A stretch of DNA of 58,778 nucleotides, taken from positions 1 through 58,778 of the forward strand of contig JABXKD010000013.1 of NCBI GenBank assembly GCA_013375475.1, written 5' to 3'. A model generated the notes under the pieces. It was not told where the DNA came from, made no database searches, and saw only the letters and a list, made by a program, of their open reading frames with translations. Positions 1 through 9,560 of this stretch are shown one piece after another. This stretch comes from Promethearchaeota archaeon (GTDB lineage Archaea; Asgardarchaeota; Lokiarchaeia; Sigyniarchaeales; SOKP01). Position numbers and translations under genes: made by a program. Within the stretch, counting starts at the first letter, position 1. Each line of letters begins with the position of its first letter.

Positions 1-1
1 G

Positions 2-700
2 CCATTAAGGCAAGTAGATACATTAAAAAGCATGATGAAAATTCTCAAAGCAGCCGGGAAAGATATTGCGATGTCGAAGTATGAGTGGTGTTGTGGTTCT
101 GTAGCTATACGAATTGGAGATCAGAGCTCTCTTACTGAAATTGTTAAACACAATATAGATGTTTTTAAGAACATGGGCGCTCAAACAATTTTTACAGCTT
201 GTGCAGGATGTTATAGAACATGGAAAAAGGACTATCCCGAATTATTAGGCGAAGAATTACCGTTTGAAGTAAAACACATAACTGAAATCTTAGCTGAAAT
301 GTTAGAAAATAACGAGATACCTTTTAAGCCTGTTGAGGGTTTGGAAACCGTAACATGGCACGATCCGTGTCATTTAGGAAGACACATGAATCTTTACGAA
401 ATACCCAGAGAAGCCCTACTTAAAATTCCGGGAGTAGAATTAAAAGAAATGAAGAGAAATCGGAATAATGCTTGGTGTTGTGGAGCTGGTGGAGGTGTAA
501 AAAGCCAATTTCCAGATTTAGCTCTTGATATTTCAAAGGAAAGAATTAATGAGGCGATAGAGACCGGGGCGCAAATTTTAACAACGAGCTGCCCTTTCTG
601 CGTTGGTAATTTAAGCGACGCTTATAACGAAATGGAACCAGAAGATCAAGAAAAAATTACTATAATAGATATTATTGATTTGATAGCTGAAAAAATTTAA
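2..700 (+). CDS. CCG-domain Fe-S oxidoreductase (HdrD/GlpC-like), 5'-truncated by the window edge
   Basis: Frame is open from position 2 (PLRQVDTLKS-MMK). Two CCG repeats: EWCCGS...TACAGC and WHDPCHLGR...WCCGAGGG...TSCPFC. Confidence 0.85.
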   Translation, partial: PLRQVDTLKSMMKILKAAGKDIAMSKYEWCCGSVAIRIGDQSSLTEIVKHNIDVFKNMGAQTIFTACAGCYRTWKKDYPELLGEELPFEVKHITEILAEMLENNEIPFKPVEGLETVTWHDPCHLGRHMNLYEIPREALLKIPGVELKEMKRNRNNAWCCGAGGGVKSQFPDLALDISKERINEAIETGAQILTTSCPFCVGNLSDAYNEMEPEDQEKITIIDIIDLIAEKI

Positions 701-765
701 TTTTTTTAAATTAAATATCGAATTCCAAAGATATTTTTTTAACTCACCTTTGATTAAGTAAATGT

Positions 766-1395
766 ATGAACCATATTCCAAGTGGTGATGATAGAGTTAG
801 TAAAGCTGCTAGTGTAGCTTTAAGTTTTCTCAAAAAAAGATTGACTAAATCTAAGCAATTCAGATTTCTAGACATTGGATGTGGTAATGGACGCGATATC
901 GACTTTATATCTTCGAATTTAGATAATCTCATAATACGAGGAATTGATATATCATTAAAAGCTATAGAAAATGCAATTGAGCTTAATTCAAACAAAGATA
1001 ATGTCACGTTTGAATGCTTGGATTGGAAGGATTTAGATGATACTCAATATGATATAATTTTCATTTCAGGTGTATACCATTTCTTTAATATAGCTGATAG
1101 AAACTTGTTTATTACCAAAATCAAGGAAATTTTAAAATCACATGGTTTTTTTTTCTTGAATACACTTTCCTCAAATGATAAGCAATATTATGGAAAAGGC
1201 ATGCCAGTAAAAGATGATCCAAATTCATTTCAGAGTGAGTTCTTCATTCATTTTTGTTCAGAAGATGAGCTTCGGGAGGATTTCAAATTTTTGAAGTTTG
1301 TTGACCTATTTGAATATTTTCACAAAAATTATTCTAAAGATACAGAATATCATACAATGTGGATATTAATAGGTAAAAATGTCAATTCTATTTGA
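766..1395 (+). CDS. Class I SAM-dependent methyltransferase
   Basis: Motif I FLDIGCGNG, GIDIS, YDIIF...VYHF, LKSHGFFFL. Confidence 0.85.
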   Translation: MNHIPSGDDRVSKAASVALSFLKKRLTKSKQFRFLDIGCGNGRDIDFISSNLDNLIIRGIDISLKAIENAIELNSNKDNVTFECLDWKDLDDTQYDIIFISGVYHFFNIADRNLFITKIKEILKSHGFFFLNTLSSNDKQYYGKGMPVKDDPNSFQSEFFIHFCSEDELREDFKFLKFVDLFEYFHKNYSKDTEYHTMWILIGKNVNSI

Positions 1396-1398
1396 TAT

Positions 1399-2352
1399 AT
1401 GGAAAATGAAGATTTCATTTTAAAAATATTTAATAGGGTAAGTTATGAAAAAGGATTTTTATGCAAAAAAATATTATGTAATAAGTTAAGGTCTTATACT
1501 ATGAATCATAAGAAAAATCAAAATCTCAATATGAACCAAAGCGAAAAAGAAAAGGATAAGGTTTATAAACTCAGGATATTTATCCTCTTCTTAATGTGTG
1601 GGTTATTAATCTTCGTTGTTCCAATCTTCATGCAAGATATTATTAAAATTATATATTTCATTGCACTACCCCTTGTTTTTCTAATTGTCTCAATAATAAT
1701 TTACAGGAATACTCAACTAAGTAAGTTCTTTCCTGTTTTTTTTGCTTTTTTTATTGCGTCTTTGGTTTTTTTTCTTCAAATGCCTTGGGCATCTGGTACA
1801 ACGATTGAGAACATCGTTTTCAATAAATTAATAAGTACATTAATAATTGTCGTTCCTATCATCCTTCTAACCAAGATTTCTAATAATGATATTTCCTCAT
1901 TATTTCTACAAAAAGGAAACACCCGGTTAGGTCTACTTATCGGGTTGGCGACTTTTTCGATCTTTCTCCTAACAGCGTTGCCTACTGCGGTATATCTCTT
2001 TGGGGGTCAAAATATTCCTTTTGATAGACTGATCCTTCTGTTGCCTTGGATTCTAATATTCGTATTTTTGAATGGAATACGTGAAGAAATATTATTCAGG
2101 GGCCTTTTCTTGAAAAAGTACGATACCTTCCTCGGTGTTGATACTTCCAATGTATTGCAAGCAATTATCTTCTCATTGGCTCATCTCTCAACGCAATTCA
2201 CGCCCTTTGTATTCATTTATCTTATTCTTACATTCTTTTTAGGATTAGCATTTGGTGCTGTCATACAAAAGACTGACAGCTTACTTGCTGCGATTTTGTT
2301 TCATGCTGGAGCAGATATTCCTGTAATAATTGCAGTATTCTCCTTCCTCTAG
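1399..2352 (+). CDS. CPBP family (CAAX/Abi) intramembrane glutamic endopeptidase; true start may be 1501 or 1531
   Basis: Multi-TM protein with EExxxR (REEILFRG), FxxxH (FSLAH) and HxxxD (HAGAD). Confidence 0.85.
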   Translation: MENEDFILKIFNRVSYEKGFLCKKILCNKLRSYTMNHKKNQNLNMNQSEKEKDKVYKLRIFILFLMCGLLIFVVPIFMQDIIKIIYFIALPLVFLIVSIIIYRNTQLSKFFPVFFAFFIASLVFFLQMPWASGTTIENIVFNKLISTLIIVVPIILLTKISNNDISSLFLQKGNTRLGLLIGLATFSIFLLTALPTAVYLFGGQNIPFDRLILLLPWILIFVFLNGIREEILFRGLFLKKYDTFLGVDTSNVLQAIIFSLAHLSTQFTPFVFIYLILTFFLGLAFGAVIQKTDSLLAAILFHAGADIPVIIAVFSFL

Positions 2353-2533
2353 TCAATTTCTCAATAAAACAAACTTTAGATGAGCTTTTAGAACATTAAA
2401 CAAATATAATATGATTTGCAATAGAATTTCTTTGAAAAGATGAATTTAGAGTTAAAAGTATAAAATCAAAAGAATTGATCACACTTATATTATTAAATGA
2501 CGAAATAAGAATATTCAAAGGTGTATCATTCTC

Positions 2534-3760
2534 ATGAAAGAGGAATCTAAAAAACCACGGCTCATCTTCCTTGATAATATAAAGGTCTTATTTGCTATTT
2601 TAGTAATTTTCACTCATGTGAGGGTTTCTTATGGAGGGGAAGGATGGTGGTATTATATCTCCACATTGAACGAATCGAATCCTGTTGATACTTTCACTAT
2701 TATATTCTTTTATATGATAGCAGGAATTGGAGGTATTTTTCAAGCCTCCCTCTTAGGATTATTCTTTTTGATGGGTAGTTATTTCACTCCTAAGAGTTAC
2801 GATCGAAAAGGAGTCTTGGCGTTCTGGAAAGAACGTTTAATCCGTCTTGGTATTCCTGTCCTTTTATATGTTTTGGTAGTTAATCCCATTATTTTTTATC
2901 TCCTGAGTGCAGGAGGAATTCAACCATGGAGTTCCTACCCAAGACTCCAAACATCTTTTATAGAGTATTATTTAAGTAATTTTCAATCCCTAGAATATTT
3001 TGTAAATTTTCTCACAGAATATACTATCACTTGGTTTCTAGTCGCTTTATTAATTTTTACTTCGATTTATACAATTTGGCGCCAGATAACAAAAATTGAC
3101 TCGATACAGCGACGCATCCCAAAGGAATTGTCCATACCAAGATACATTTATTTACTCCTTTTAGCAATTTGCTTAGGATTTCTTACTTTTTTAATTCGCA
3201 TAAACTTTTCCATACTCGATAATCCACTGGGATTACCAGTAGCTTATATGATTCAGTATTTTCTGATGTTTTCCGTAGGTATCATCGCTTATCGATATGG
3301 TTGGTTCGAAAAGATGACTAGACGTCATGTCAAAGTTTGGGCTATTACAATATTTGTGGCGGTTATGTTATTTTTTACGTATTTCTTTGTAATTGCCGGA
3401 GCTGATTCTGATTTTAGCGTCTTTTTAGGAGGGTTCCATTTGAACGCTCTTATATTTGCGGTGGTAGATAATATCGCTTCTATGGGAATGATTTTTGTGT
3501 TAATTAAGATTTTTTACGCGAAATTCAACAAGCAAGGAAAAATACTACAGAATCTAGCCGATAGCTCATTTCACATGTATCTCATTCATCCTTTCGTCGT
3601 TATTCCTTTATCCCTTGGAATTGCATTCATACCCATTTCTCCAATTATAAAGCTATTAATTGTTTTAACTCTATCAGTCATTCTATGCTATTTAATAAGT
3701 CATTATGTCCTTCAAAAAATACATTTGAGCAAACGCAAAAGAATAACTCCGAATAGTTAG
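2534..3760 (+). CDS. Acyltransferase family 3 (OpgC/MdoC-like) membrane protein
   Basis: RLIFLDNIK...LVIFTH, LFFLMGSYF, ERLIRLGIP, WFL, SFHMYLIHP; about 10 TM segments. Confidence 0.85.
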   Translation: MKEESKKPRLIFLDNIKVLFAILVIFTHVRVSYGGEGWWYYISTLNESNPVDTFTIIFFYMIAGIGGIFQASLLGLFFLMGSYFTPKSYDRKGVLAFWKERLIRLGIPVLLYVLVVNPIIFYLLSAGGIQPWSSYPRLQTSFIEYYLSNFQSLEYFVNFLTEYTITWFLVALLIFTSIYTIWRQITKIDSIQRRIPKELSIPRYIYLLLLAICLGFLTFLIRINFSILDNPLGLPVAYMIQYFLMFSVGIIAYRYGWFEKMTRRHVKVWAITIFVAVMLFFTYFFVIAGADSDFSVFLGGFHLNALIFAVVDNIASMGMIFVLIKIFYAKFNKQGKILQNLADSSFHMYLIHPFVVIPLSLGIAFIPISPIIKLLIVLTLSVILCYLISHYVLQKIHLSKRKRITPNS

Positions 3761-3792
3761 AATATCTACATTATTTCTTATTTTTCTTAAAA

Positions 3793-3930
3793 AAGTGAGA
3801 TTGTTATAACCTACGAAGAAAGTCAGATCGAAGCATGCTTGGGTTTCTAATGGCTGTTCCAATTATTTTAAGAAATTGTTTTTTATCTCGACATAATTCC
3901 CCTTTCAAACTTAAATAATTTGAAGTTTGA
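3793..3930. repeat. Direct repeat copy 1 (138 bp; partner 9423..9560)
   Basis: Manual ungapped alignment gives 16 mismatches in 138 nt; offset 5630 bp. Confidence 0.9.
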
Positions 3931-3944
3931 TTTTTATGAAAATT
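3804..3944 (-). pseudogene. Remnant 3' end of the radical SAM gene at 9434..10348
   Basis: Translates to NFHKNQTSNYLSLKGELCRDKKQFLKIIGTAIRNPSMLRSDFLRRL*, versus IFNTNHASNYLSLKGELSRDKKQFLKKIETAIKNPNMLRPDFLRRL* in the intact gene. Bounded upstream by an in-frame TAG. Confidence 0.9.
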
Positions 3945-4026
3945 CTATGCTAAAACTGAATAAGGATTATAAGGTTCAAAGTTTATCTCAAATTATTTAT
4001 TTATAAATTAAATATATTTAATTATA

Positions 4027-4632
4027 ATGAAAATATTAGCTGTTTCATGCAGTCCACGGAAAAAAGGGAATACGGTATCCTTATTGGAAGAAACTCTCAG
4101 AGGTGCAGCCGAATCTGGAGCTAACATTGAACTTTTCAGTGTGTCGGGTAAGAACATCAGAGGGTGTGATGGTTGTTATTCCTGTTTAACTGAAGGTGAT
4201 TGCCATATCCAAGACGATATGCAACCTCTTTACGAAAAATTAATAGGAGCAGATGGAATTGTCTTTGGTTCCCCCATCTATTTTTACGGCATGACAGCAC
4301 AAGCCAAAACCATAATGGATCGTACTTTTGCATTGAACAAACCAGGTAAAAGTTTGGCAAATAAAGTAGCTGGAGTAATCGTTGTGGCAGGTAGTTTAGG
4401 TTTGATTGATGTCCTCAAGGATTTTTACTTCTTTACAACTATAAAGCGCATGCTCCCAGCGAATTTCGTTGCAGCGTATGCAACTGAGAAAAGAGATGCT
4501 AAAAAGCTCGAAAAAGGTATGAACGCTGCTTTTAAGCTAGGTAAAGAAATCGTGCAACTCGTTGACAGAAAGTTTGAGTTTCCCAACGAATTTCCCCGCA
4601 ATTTCTTTGCTTTTGGTACCCATACGCATTAG
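4027..4632 (+). CDS. Iron-sulfur flavoprotein (Isf) / flavodoxin-like FMN reductase
   Basis: SPRKKGNT FMN loop, CDGCYSC-x5-C Fe-S motif, GSPIYF. Confidence 0.85.
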   Translation: MKILAVSCSPRKKGNTVSLLEETLRGAAESGANIELFSVSGKNIRGCDGCYSCLTEGDCHIQDDMQPLYEKLIGADGIVFGSPIYFYGMTAQAKTIMDRTFALNKPGKSLANKVAGVIVVAGSLGLIDVLKDFYFFTTIKRMLPANFVAAYATEKRDAKKLEKGMNAAFKLGKEIVQLVDRKFEFPNEFPRNFFAFGTHTH

Positions 4633-4712
4633 CTGCTAGTATCTGCGATGTAGGAATCAGGTATTTCTATAAAAAAATAAGTAAGATTGAGAAAAAAATA
4701 ACCTCTGGAATA

Positions 4713-5615
4713 TTAATCTTCATAAAATGGGGATCCTGCTTTCATAAAACGATCCAAGTGACGCATTGACGCCACGATTTTTCCAGTTTCCTTTTCTTCT
4801 AATGTAGAGTCAAACCAAGCATACTCCGTTTTCCTAGACGCTCCGATACAGATATACTTCCCTTTAGCAATATATGTAACCCCCGTGAGTGCTGGTCCGT
4901 TTATATTCTTAATTTCGGTTGCACCAAAGAACGGAACAGCTTTGAATTCTTCAGTACTTCTTCGCTCAGAACCCAATGCCATAGCCTCATACATAGCTGT
5001 AGGATAAAAGATCGTATCCCCCCAAGGAGATTTATCTTTTCTTCTGTAATACTCCAATTGGTCAGTTATTCGACTTACTCCCTCATTAATTTCTTCTTGT
5101 GTAAGTAAAATTTCTTTAGAAGGAAGTTCATCACCTACTTTCAATCTTGCTAAAATGCGTAAATCCTCAGGATTACTACTTTTTAGGTCTACAACTTGCA
5201 AATATGAAGGTTCTTTAGGTGAACCTATTGATACTGTCCCTGTCATTATTTGTTGCCCATTTTTCAATTCAGCCCACGCTTTAACTTGCACATCTTTCGT
5301 TGCAATGGGTAGCATCTCTTCAGTTGTATTTGGGGGCAGTTCAATGATTGCTCTTACTTCTTCTTTATCGATTGTTGCAAATGTGTAATACATACTAACA
5401 GTCCCCTTCTCAAACCAACGATCACCAAATATTTTCTGGGCTAAAGGTGCAAACATGCTTAAATGTATAGTTCCTTGTATTGTTCCACCACGCATACCAA
5501 CTTTTTGGGCTACGATATCGTCGTGAATCGATGTAATATTTGATTTATAAACATTTTCTGGTGCTCTCCAACCTCCGAAAACTTTTCCATCTCTAATTTC
5601 AATATCATCCATCAT
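4713..5615 (-). CDS. Putative double hot-dog fold (MaoC-like) acyl-CoA dehydratase
   Basis: SIHDDIVAQKVGMRGGTIQG resembles the MaoC hydratase motif (xIHxDxxxAxxxGxxxxxxxG); length fits two hot-dog domains. Confidence 0.55.
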   Translation of the reverse strand: MMDDIEIRDGKVFGGWRAPENVYKSNITSIHDDIVAQKVGMRGGTIQGTIHLSMFAPLAQKIFGDRWFEKGTVSMYYTFATIDKEEVRAIIELPPNTTEEMLPIATKDVQVKAWAELKNGQQIMTGTVSIGSPKEPSYLQVVDLKSSNPEDLRILARLKVGDELPSKEILLTQEEINEGVSRITDQLEYYRRKDKSPWGDTIFYPTAMYEAMALGSERRSTEEFKAVPFFGATEIKNINGPALTGVTYIAKGKYICIGASRKTEYAWFDSTLEEKETGKIVASMRHLDRFMKAGSPFYED

Positions 5616-5624
5616 ATAGCGTTT

Positions 5625-5631
5625 ACCTCCT
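5625..5631 (-). promoter_or_regulatory. Shine-Dalgarno-like AGGAGGT
   Basis: 9 nt upstream of the ATG at 5615, in the 31-bp gap after the FabK-like gene. Confidence 0.6.
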
Positions 5632-5646
5632 ACAAACGAAAATAAG

Positions 5647-6630
5647 TTAGGTAGTTATATTTTGTAGCCTTGAAATTACTTCCTCTGCTTCTTTCATCAT
5701 CCTATCTAATAATTCTTTAACGGTAGGGACATCTTTAATTAATCCTACTCCTTGACCACAACTTACCATCCCTGCGTCAATATCTCCTTCTTTGTACATT
5801 TTTTCAGCTTTTTGACCAGACGCAGCTTGGATAATCGTCTCTAAAGGTGCTTTTTGAGCTTCTAAATCAATAATTTGTTGTGCTGCTTTATTCCTCCACA
5901 TTCTATGAGTATTATGTATAGAACGCATTACCAAACTGGTATCAGTTTCCGCAGCTTGAACAAAGGCTTGTTTTAAATTGTCATGAATAGGACACTCCTT
6001 TGTAGCCATCATTCTTGTTCCTATTATTACCCCCTCTGCACCAAGTGCTAAGACTGCAGCAATTCCTCTCCCATCTGAGATTCCACCTCCCGCGATTACG
6101 GGAACATCCAGAGAATCAACAACAGACGGGGTCATTACGAGAGTTCCTATGTCTAGGGTACCAGTAGCTCCACCATTTTCATATCCAACAACCGTTATCA
6201 TATCCGCCCCTAATGATGCTCCTTTTATAGCATACCTTACTCCAGCACATTTATGGATCCAAATTGCACCCCCTTCCTTAAACTTAGGAACTAACTGCTC
6301 TGGTGCTTTATGACCGCTTGTTTCTATGATTTTAACTCCCTCATCTAATGTAGCATCCACATATTCTACTAACTTTTCTTGTGGCATCAATGCTGGAAAA
6401 AGATTAATGTTTACCGCAAATGGTTGATTCGTCAGAGATTGTGTTTTTTTGATAGCCTCTCGTAATTCATCTGGTGATTCATAATTAGCGCTGGCTAACA
6501 CTGCGCAAGCACCAGCATTACTAGCTGCTGCGACAAATTCGGGATTTGAAATTCTTGCCATTGTTCCGCCAATTATTGGATATTTACATCCTAAAATTTC
6601 AGTTACTTTCGTTTTTATCATATCAATCAC
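5647..6630 (-). CDS. Nitronate monooxygenase / FabK-like flavin oxidoreductase
   Basis: KYPIIGGTM, PFAVNI, GYENGG, PVIAGGGISDGRG, LGAEGVIIGTR, GQGVGLI. Confidence 0.85.
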   Translation of the reverse strand: MIDMIKTKVTEILGCKYPIIGGTMARISNPEFVAAASNAGACAVLASANYESPDELREAIKKTQSLTNQPFAVNINLFPALMPQEKLVEYVDATLDEGVKIIETSGHKAPEQLVPKFKEGGAIWIHKCAGVRYAIKGASLGADMITVVGYENGGATGTLDIGTLVMTPSVVDSLDVPVIAGGGISDGRGIAAVLALGAEGVIIGTRMMATKECPIHDNLKQAFVQAAETDTSLVMRSIHNTHRMWRNKAAQQIIDLEAQKAPLETIIQAASGQKAEKMYKEGDIDAGMVSCGQGVGLIKDVPTVKELLDRMMKEAEEVISRLQNITT

Positions 6631-6834
6631 AAAAAATTTAGTTAACTATATTAAAAATAATATAAAGATATTTTGTTTTCATATTTATAGAAAATGTGTC
6701 AATTCATTATTTACTTCTTACCAAAAAAAATCTCTTTTGGCTCTTTAATTAGTTAAGCGAGGTTACTTCTGAATAAAAAATACACTTGATGATTCTGATA
6801 GCAATGTTTTTGAATGCTTAAATAATTACTTTAT

Positions 6835-9282
6835 TCAACCTTCTCTCGTGAAATCAAACAGATCTGCGGTTTTAAATATCGCTTTTGATCCCCTTATGTC
6901 GCTATTTTGAGTTGCCCAAAAAGCCTGAATACGCTTGATGAGATCTGGGGGCTGTTCAATTTTCCAATCTCTTGGAAGAACACTATTATAATAGGTTGTT
7001 CTAAATCTATGCCCAATTAACATCACAAATCCACGATCAGTAGAAGTTCTAAAAATTCGACCAGCAGCTTGAATTACTTTCATCATCCCAGGATTTCGAT
7101 AAGCATATTCGAAACCTTTTTTCCATTTAAGATCATAATATTCTCGCATTAATTCTTGTTCCTTTGAATAAGCGGGAAGCCCAGGGCCAATAATAAATGC
7201 TCCAATGGCCATATCTCCTGTAAAGTCTACGCCTTCACTAAATATTCCCCCGTGGACAGCCAGAAGAAGATGTTTCTCGTCAGAACTTCGTAGTTTCTTT
7301 AAATAATTTCTACGTTTGGCTTCACTCATTTTTCGTTCTTGCACTATGAGCTTAACTGAGAGCGGTAACGTTTCAATTTCATTTTGGACAGCTTTAAGAT
7401 AAGCGAAAGAAGGAAAAAAAGCCAAATAATTTCCCTTTTTAGCATTTACGGCATTGGAAATAGTTGATGCAATAAGATCATACGATTCTCGACGGTCTTC
7501 ATATTTAGTCGATAGATTGGGCATAAGAAGATAAAGTCGGTTTTGTTGAGCAAAGGGAGAGAAATATTGAATTTTCTGTGTTGAAGAGGGGTACCCTGAC
7601 ATTTTTTGAAAATATTCTAATGGAAACAGAGTAGCCGATTGCATGATTACCGAATGAAAGCCTGCAATTTGTTTTTCGAGTTTCGGTGCTGCCGATTTGC
7701 ATAAAATTTTGATTTTTTCTTCTTTTATATACAATAATTCACTAAATTCAGGAGAATTACATTCTTTTAAAATACTCGTGAACTGACGAAAATTTAAAAC
7801 AAATTCCAAGACTGGGTCTTTTTTTCCAGGTTGAAATCCTTGTCGAGAAGTGTAGGCTTCAATATATAAAAGGATAAAATGTTCTAGATTTTTTAATACT
7901 GTTTGGAAGAATTTTTTATCAAATTTTGCCAATATTGGCATTTTTGTTGTCGAATCGGGAAAAGGCTTAATCAAGTCCAAAATGTAATCAGTTATCTGTT
8001 CATATATGTCAATTCCCTTTTTCTCAATAAATTTTGGCATATGAAGTGATTGTAAATAACTGTTAACATTAGATATGGATTGTAGAGTTAATTCTGGAGA
8101 ATAATAAGTCATCGCCCGGAAGGGTAGATTATGAGCCTCATCGACAATCAGTATGATATTGTCATATGCTTGGTCAAAAAATCGCCTTAACCTGATGTAT
8201 GGATGGAATACATAATTATAATCCCCTACTATTAGATCACAATGAAGAGAACAATCTAATGAGAGTTCAAAGGGGCAAATAGTATGGGTTTTTGCTATTT
8301 TTCGAATATACCGCGCATCGATGACTTGTTTAGTGAGCATTTCAGACACGATCTTATCTACTGAAACCTTAACGTAATTATCGAGGTAAGGACATAATGA
8401 TTTTTCACAAGTAAAAGCACTATTTATGCATAATTTCTCTTTTGCAGTGAGAATAATCGAATTAAATTGTGTTTTCTTTTTCGCAAATATCCGTAAAGTG
8501 TCCCTGTAGATGTGTTGTTGAGTAGTTTTTGATGTAACCACGAAGACATATAAATTTTTCTTTAAAGCATATTTTAACGCGGGAAAAAGTGTCCCAACTG
8601 TTTTTCCTAAACCAGAGGGGGCTAAAAGCATTAGTCGTTCTCTCCTTTGAATACATTTAAGCGCGTCTTTTATAATTTCCTCTTGATTAATTCTATATTT
8701 GTCAAAAGGAAATATAACTGTTTTGGCACGCTCTCGCTGCTCTGCTTTGATTTTTTGTCCCATCTCCCACTCGTTTAAGATAGTTTCACACTGTTTTATA
8801 AGATATTCTGACATATCTTGAGGAGGAACATTAATAATTTTGGCTTTTTCAGTAAAAATGTCAATTAACACTAAATGACATTGAATCATTTTTCCCAACT
8901 GGAGAAAATAGTGCCCATATAGTAACAACTGTAAGCGATATTCCTTGGCAGTTTCTGATTCAAGATCAAAGTCATCAAGATTCGTTACCGACTTAATTTC
9001 TTCAATTACCAAGATTCCTTTGTTTTCATAGATGATGTCAGCACGCCCTGAGATTGTAAATTTCCACCCTTGAATCTTTGTATTAAATTTTACCAGGACT
9101 TCGCGTTGAAAGGAATTTTCAGTATTATTTCTTTCTTTTTGGAATAGTTGGTGAATTTCAGTTCCTTTTGAGGCGCGAATACTAAAAGGAATCATCGAAT
9201 TAGATAATTTAACCTTTTTTGTTGCAAAAATAACATCTTTTATTGAGATTTGGAATTCTTTAAGCTCCTTGATAACTTTCAA
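6835..9282 (-). CDS. XPD/Rad3/DinG-family Fe-S helicase with N-terminal RecB/Cas4-like PD-(D/E)xK nuclease domain
   Basis: Nuclease motifs: GTEIH, ISGRADII, IEEIKS, QLLLY. Helicase motifs: Q motif, APSGLGKT, four Fe-S Cys, DEAHNL, SATL, SEGVDF, QAAGRIFR. Confidence 0.88.
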   Translation of the reverse strand: MKVIKELKEFQISIKDVIFATKKVKLSNSMIPFSIRASKGTEIHQLFQKERNNTENSFQREVLVKFNTKIQGWKFTISGRADIIYENKGILVIEEIKSVTNLDDFDLESETAKEYRLQLLLYGHYFLQLGKMIQCHLVLIDIFTEKAKIINVPPQDMSEYLIKQCETILNEWEMGQKIKAEQRERAKTVIFPFDKYRINQEEIIKDALKCIQRRERLMLLAPSGLGKTVGTLFPALKYALKKNLYVFVVTSKTTQQHIYRDTLRIFAKKKTQFNSIILTAKEKLCINSAFTCEKSLCPYLDNYVKVSVDKIVSEMLTKQVIDARYIRKIAKTHTICPFELSLDCSLHCDLIVGDYNYVFHPYIRLRRFFDQAYDNIILIVDEAHNLPFRAMTYYSPELTLQSISNVNSYLQSLHMPKFIEKKGIDIYEQITDYILDLIKPFPDSTTKMPILAKFDKKFFQTVLKNLEHFILLYIEAYTSRQGFQPGKKDPVLEFVLNFRQFTSILKECNSPEFSELLYIKEEKIKILCKSAAPKLEKQIAGFHSVIMQSATLFPLEYFQKMSGYPSSTQKIQYFSPFAQQNRLYLLMPNLSTKYEDRRESYDLIASTISNAVNAKKGNYLAFFPSFAYLKAVQNEIETLPLSVKLIVQERKMSEAKRRNYLKKLRSSDEKHLLLAVHGGIFSEGVDFTGDMAIGAFIIGPGLPAYSKEQELMREYYDLKWKKGFEYAYRNPGMMKVIQAAGRIFRTSTDRGFVMLIGHRFRTTYYNSVLPRDWKIEQPPDLIKRIQAFWATQNSDIRGSKAIFKTADLFDFTREG

Positions 9283-9422
9283 TTTTTTTAATCACTTACA
9301 CTAACAAGTCTATTTTTTATATTAAAAAGGTGCCCCTCAATAAAATTTTAAATTATTAATCGGAGATTATGTCTATAATTAAATGTATTCGATTTAATAA
9401 AACCCAAAGCAAATTCTTATCC

Positions 9423-9560
9423 AAGTGAAATTGTTATAACCTACGAAGAAAGTCAGGTCGAAGCATGTTTGGGTTTTTAATAGCGGTTTCGATTTTTTTA
9501 AGAAATTGTTTTTTGTCTCTACTTAATTCTCCCTTCAAACTTAAATAATTTGAAGCGTGA
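9423..9560. repeat. Direct repeat copy 2 (3' end of the radical SAM gene)
   Basis: Matches 3793..3930. Confidence 0.9.

Noticed and set aside
6835-9282. CRISPR-associated Cas4 or CasDinG interpretation
   Set aside because: No array or other cas genes in the window, and the Cas4 Fe-S cysteines are absent.
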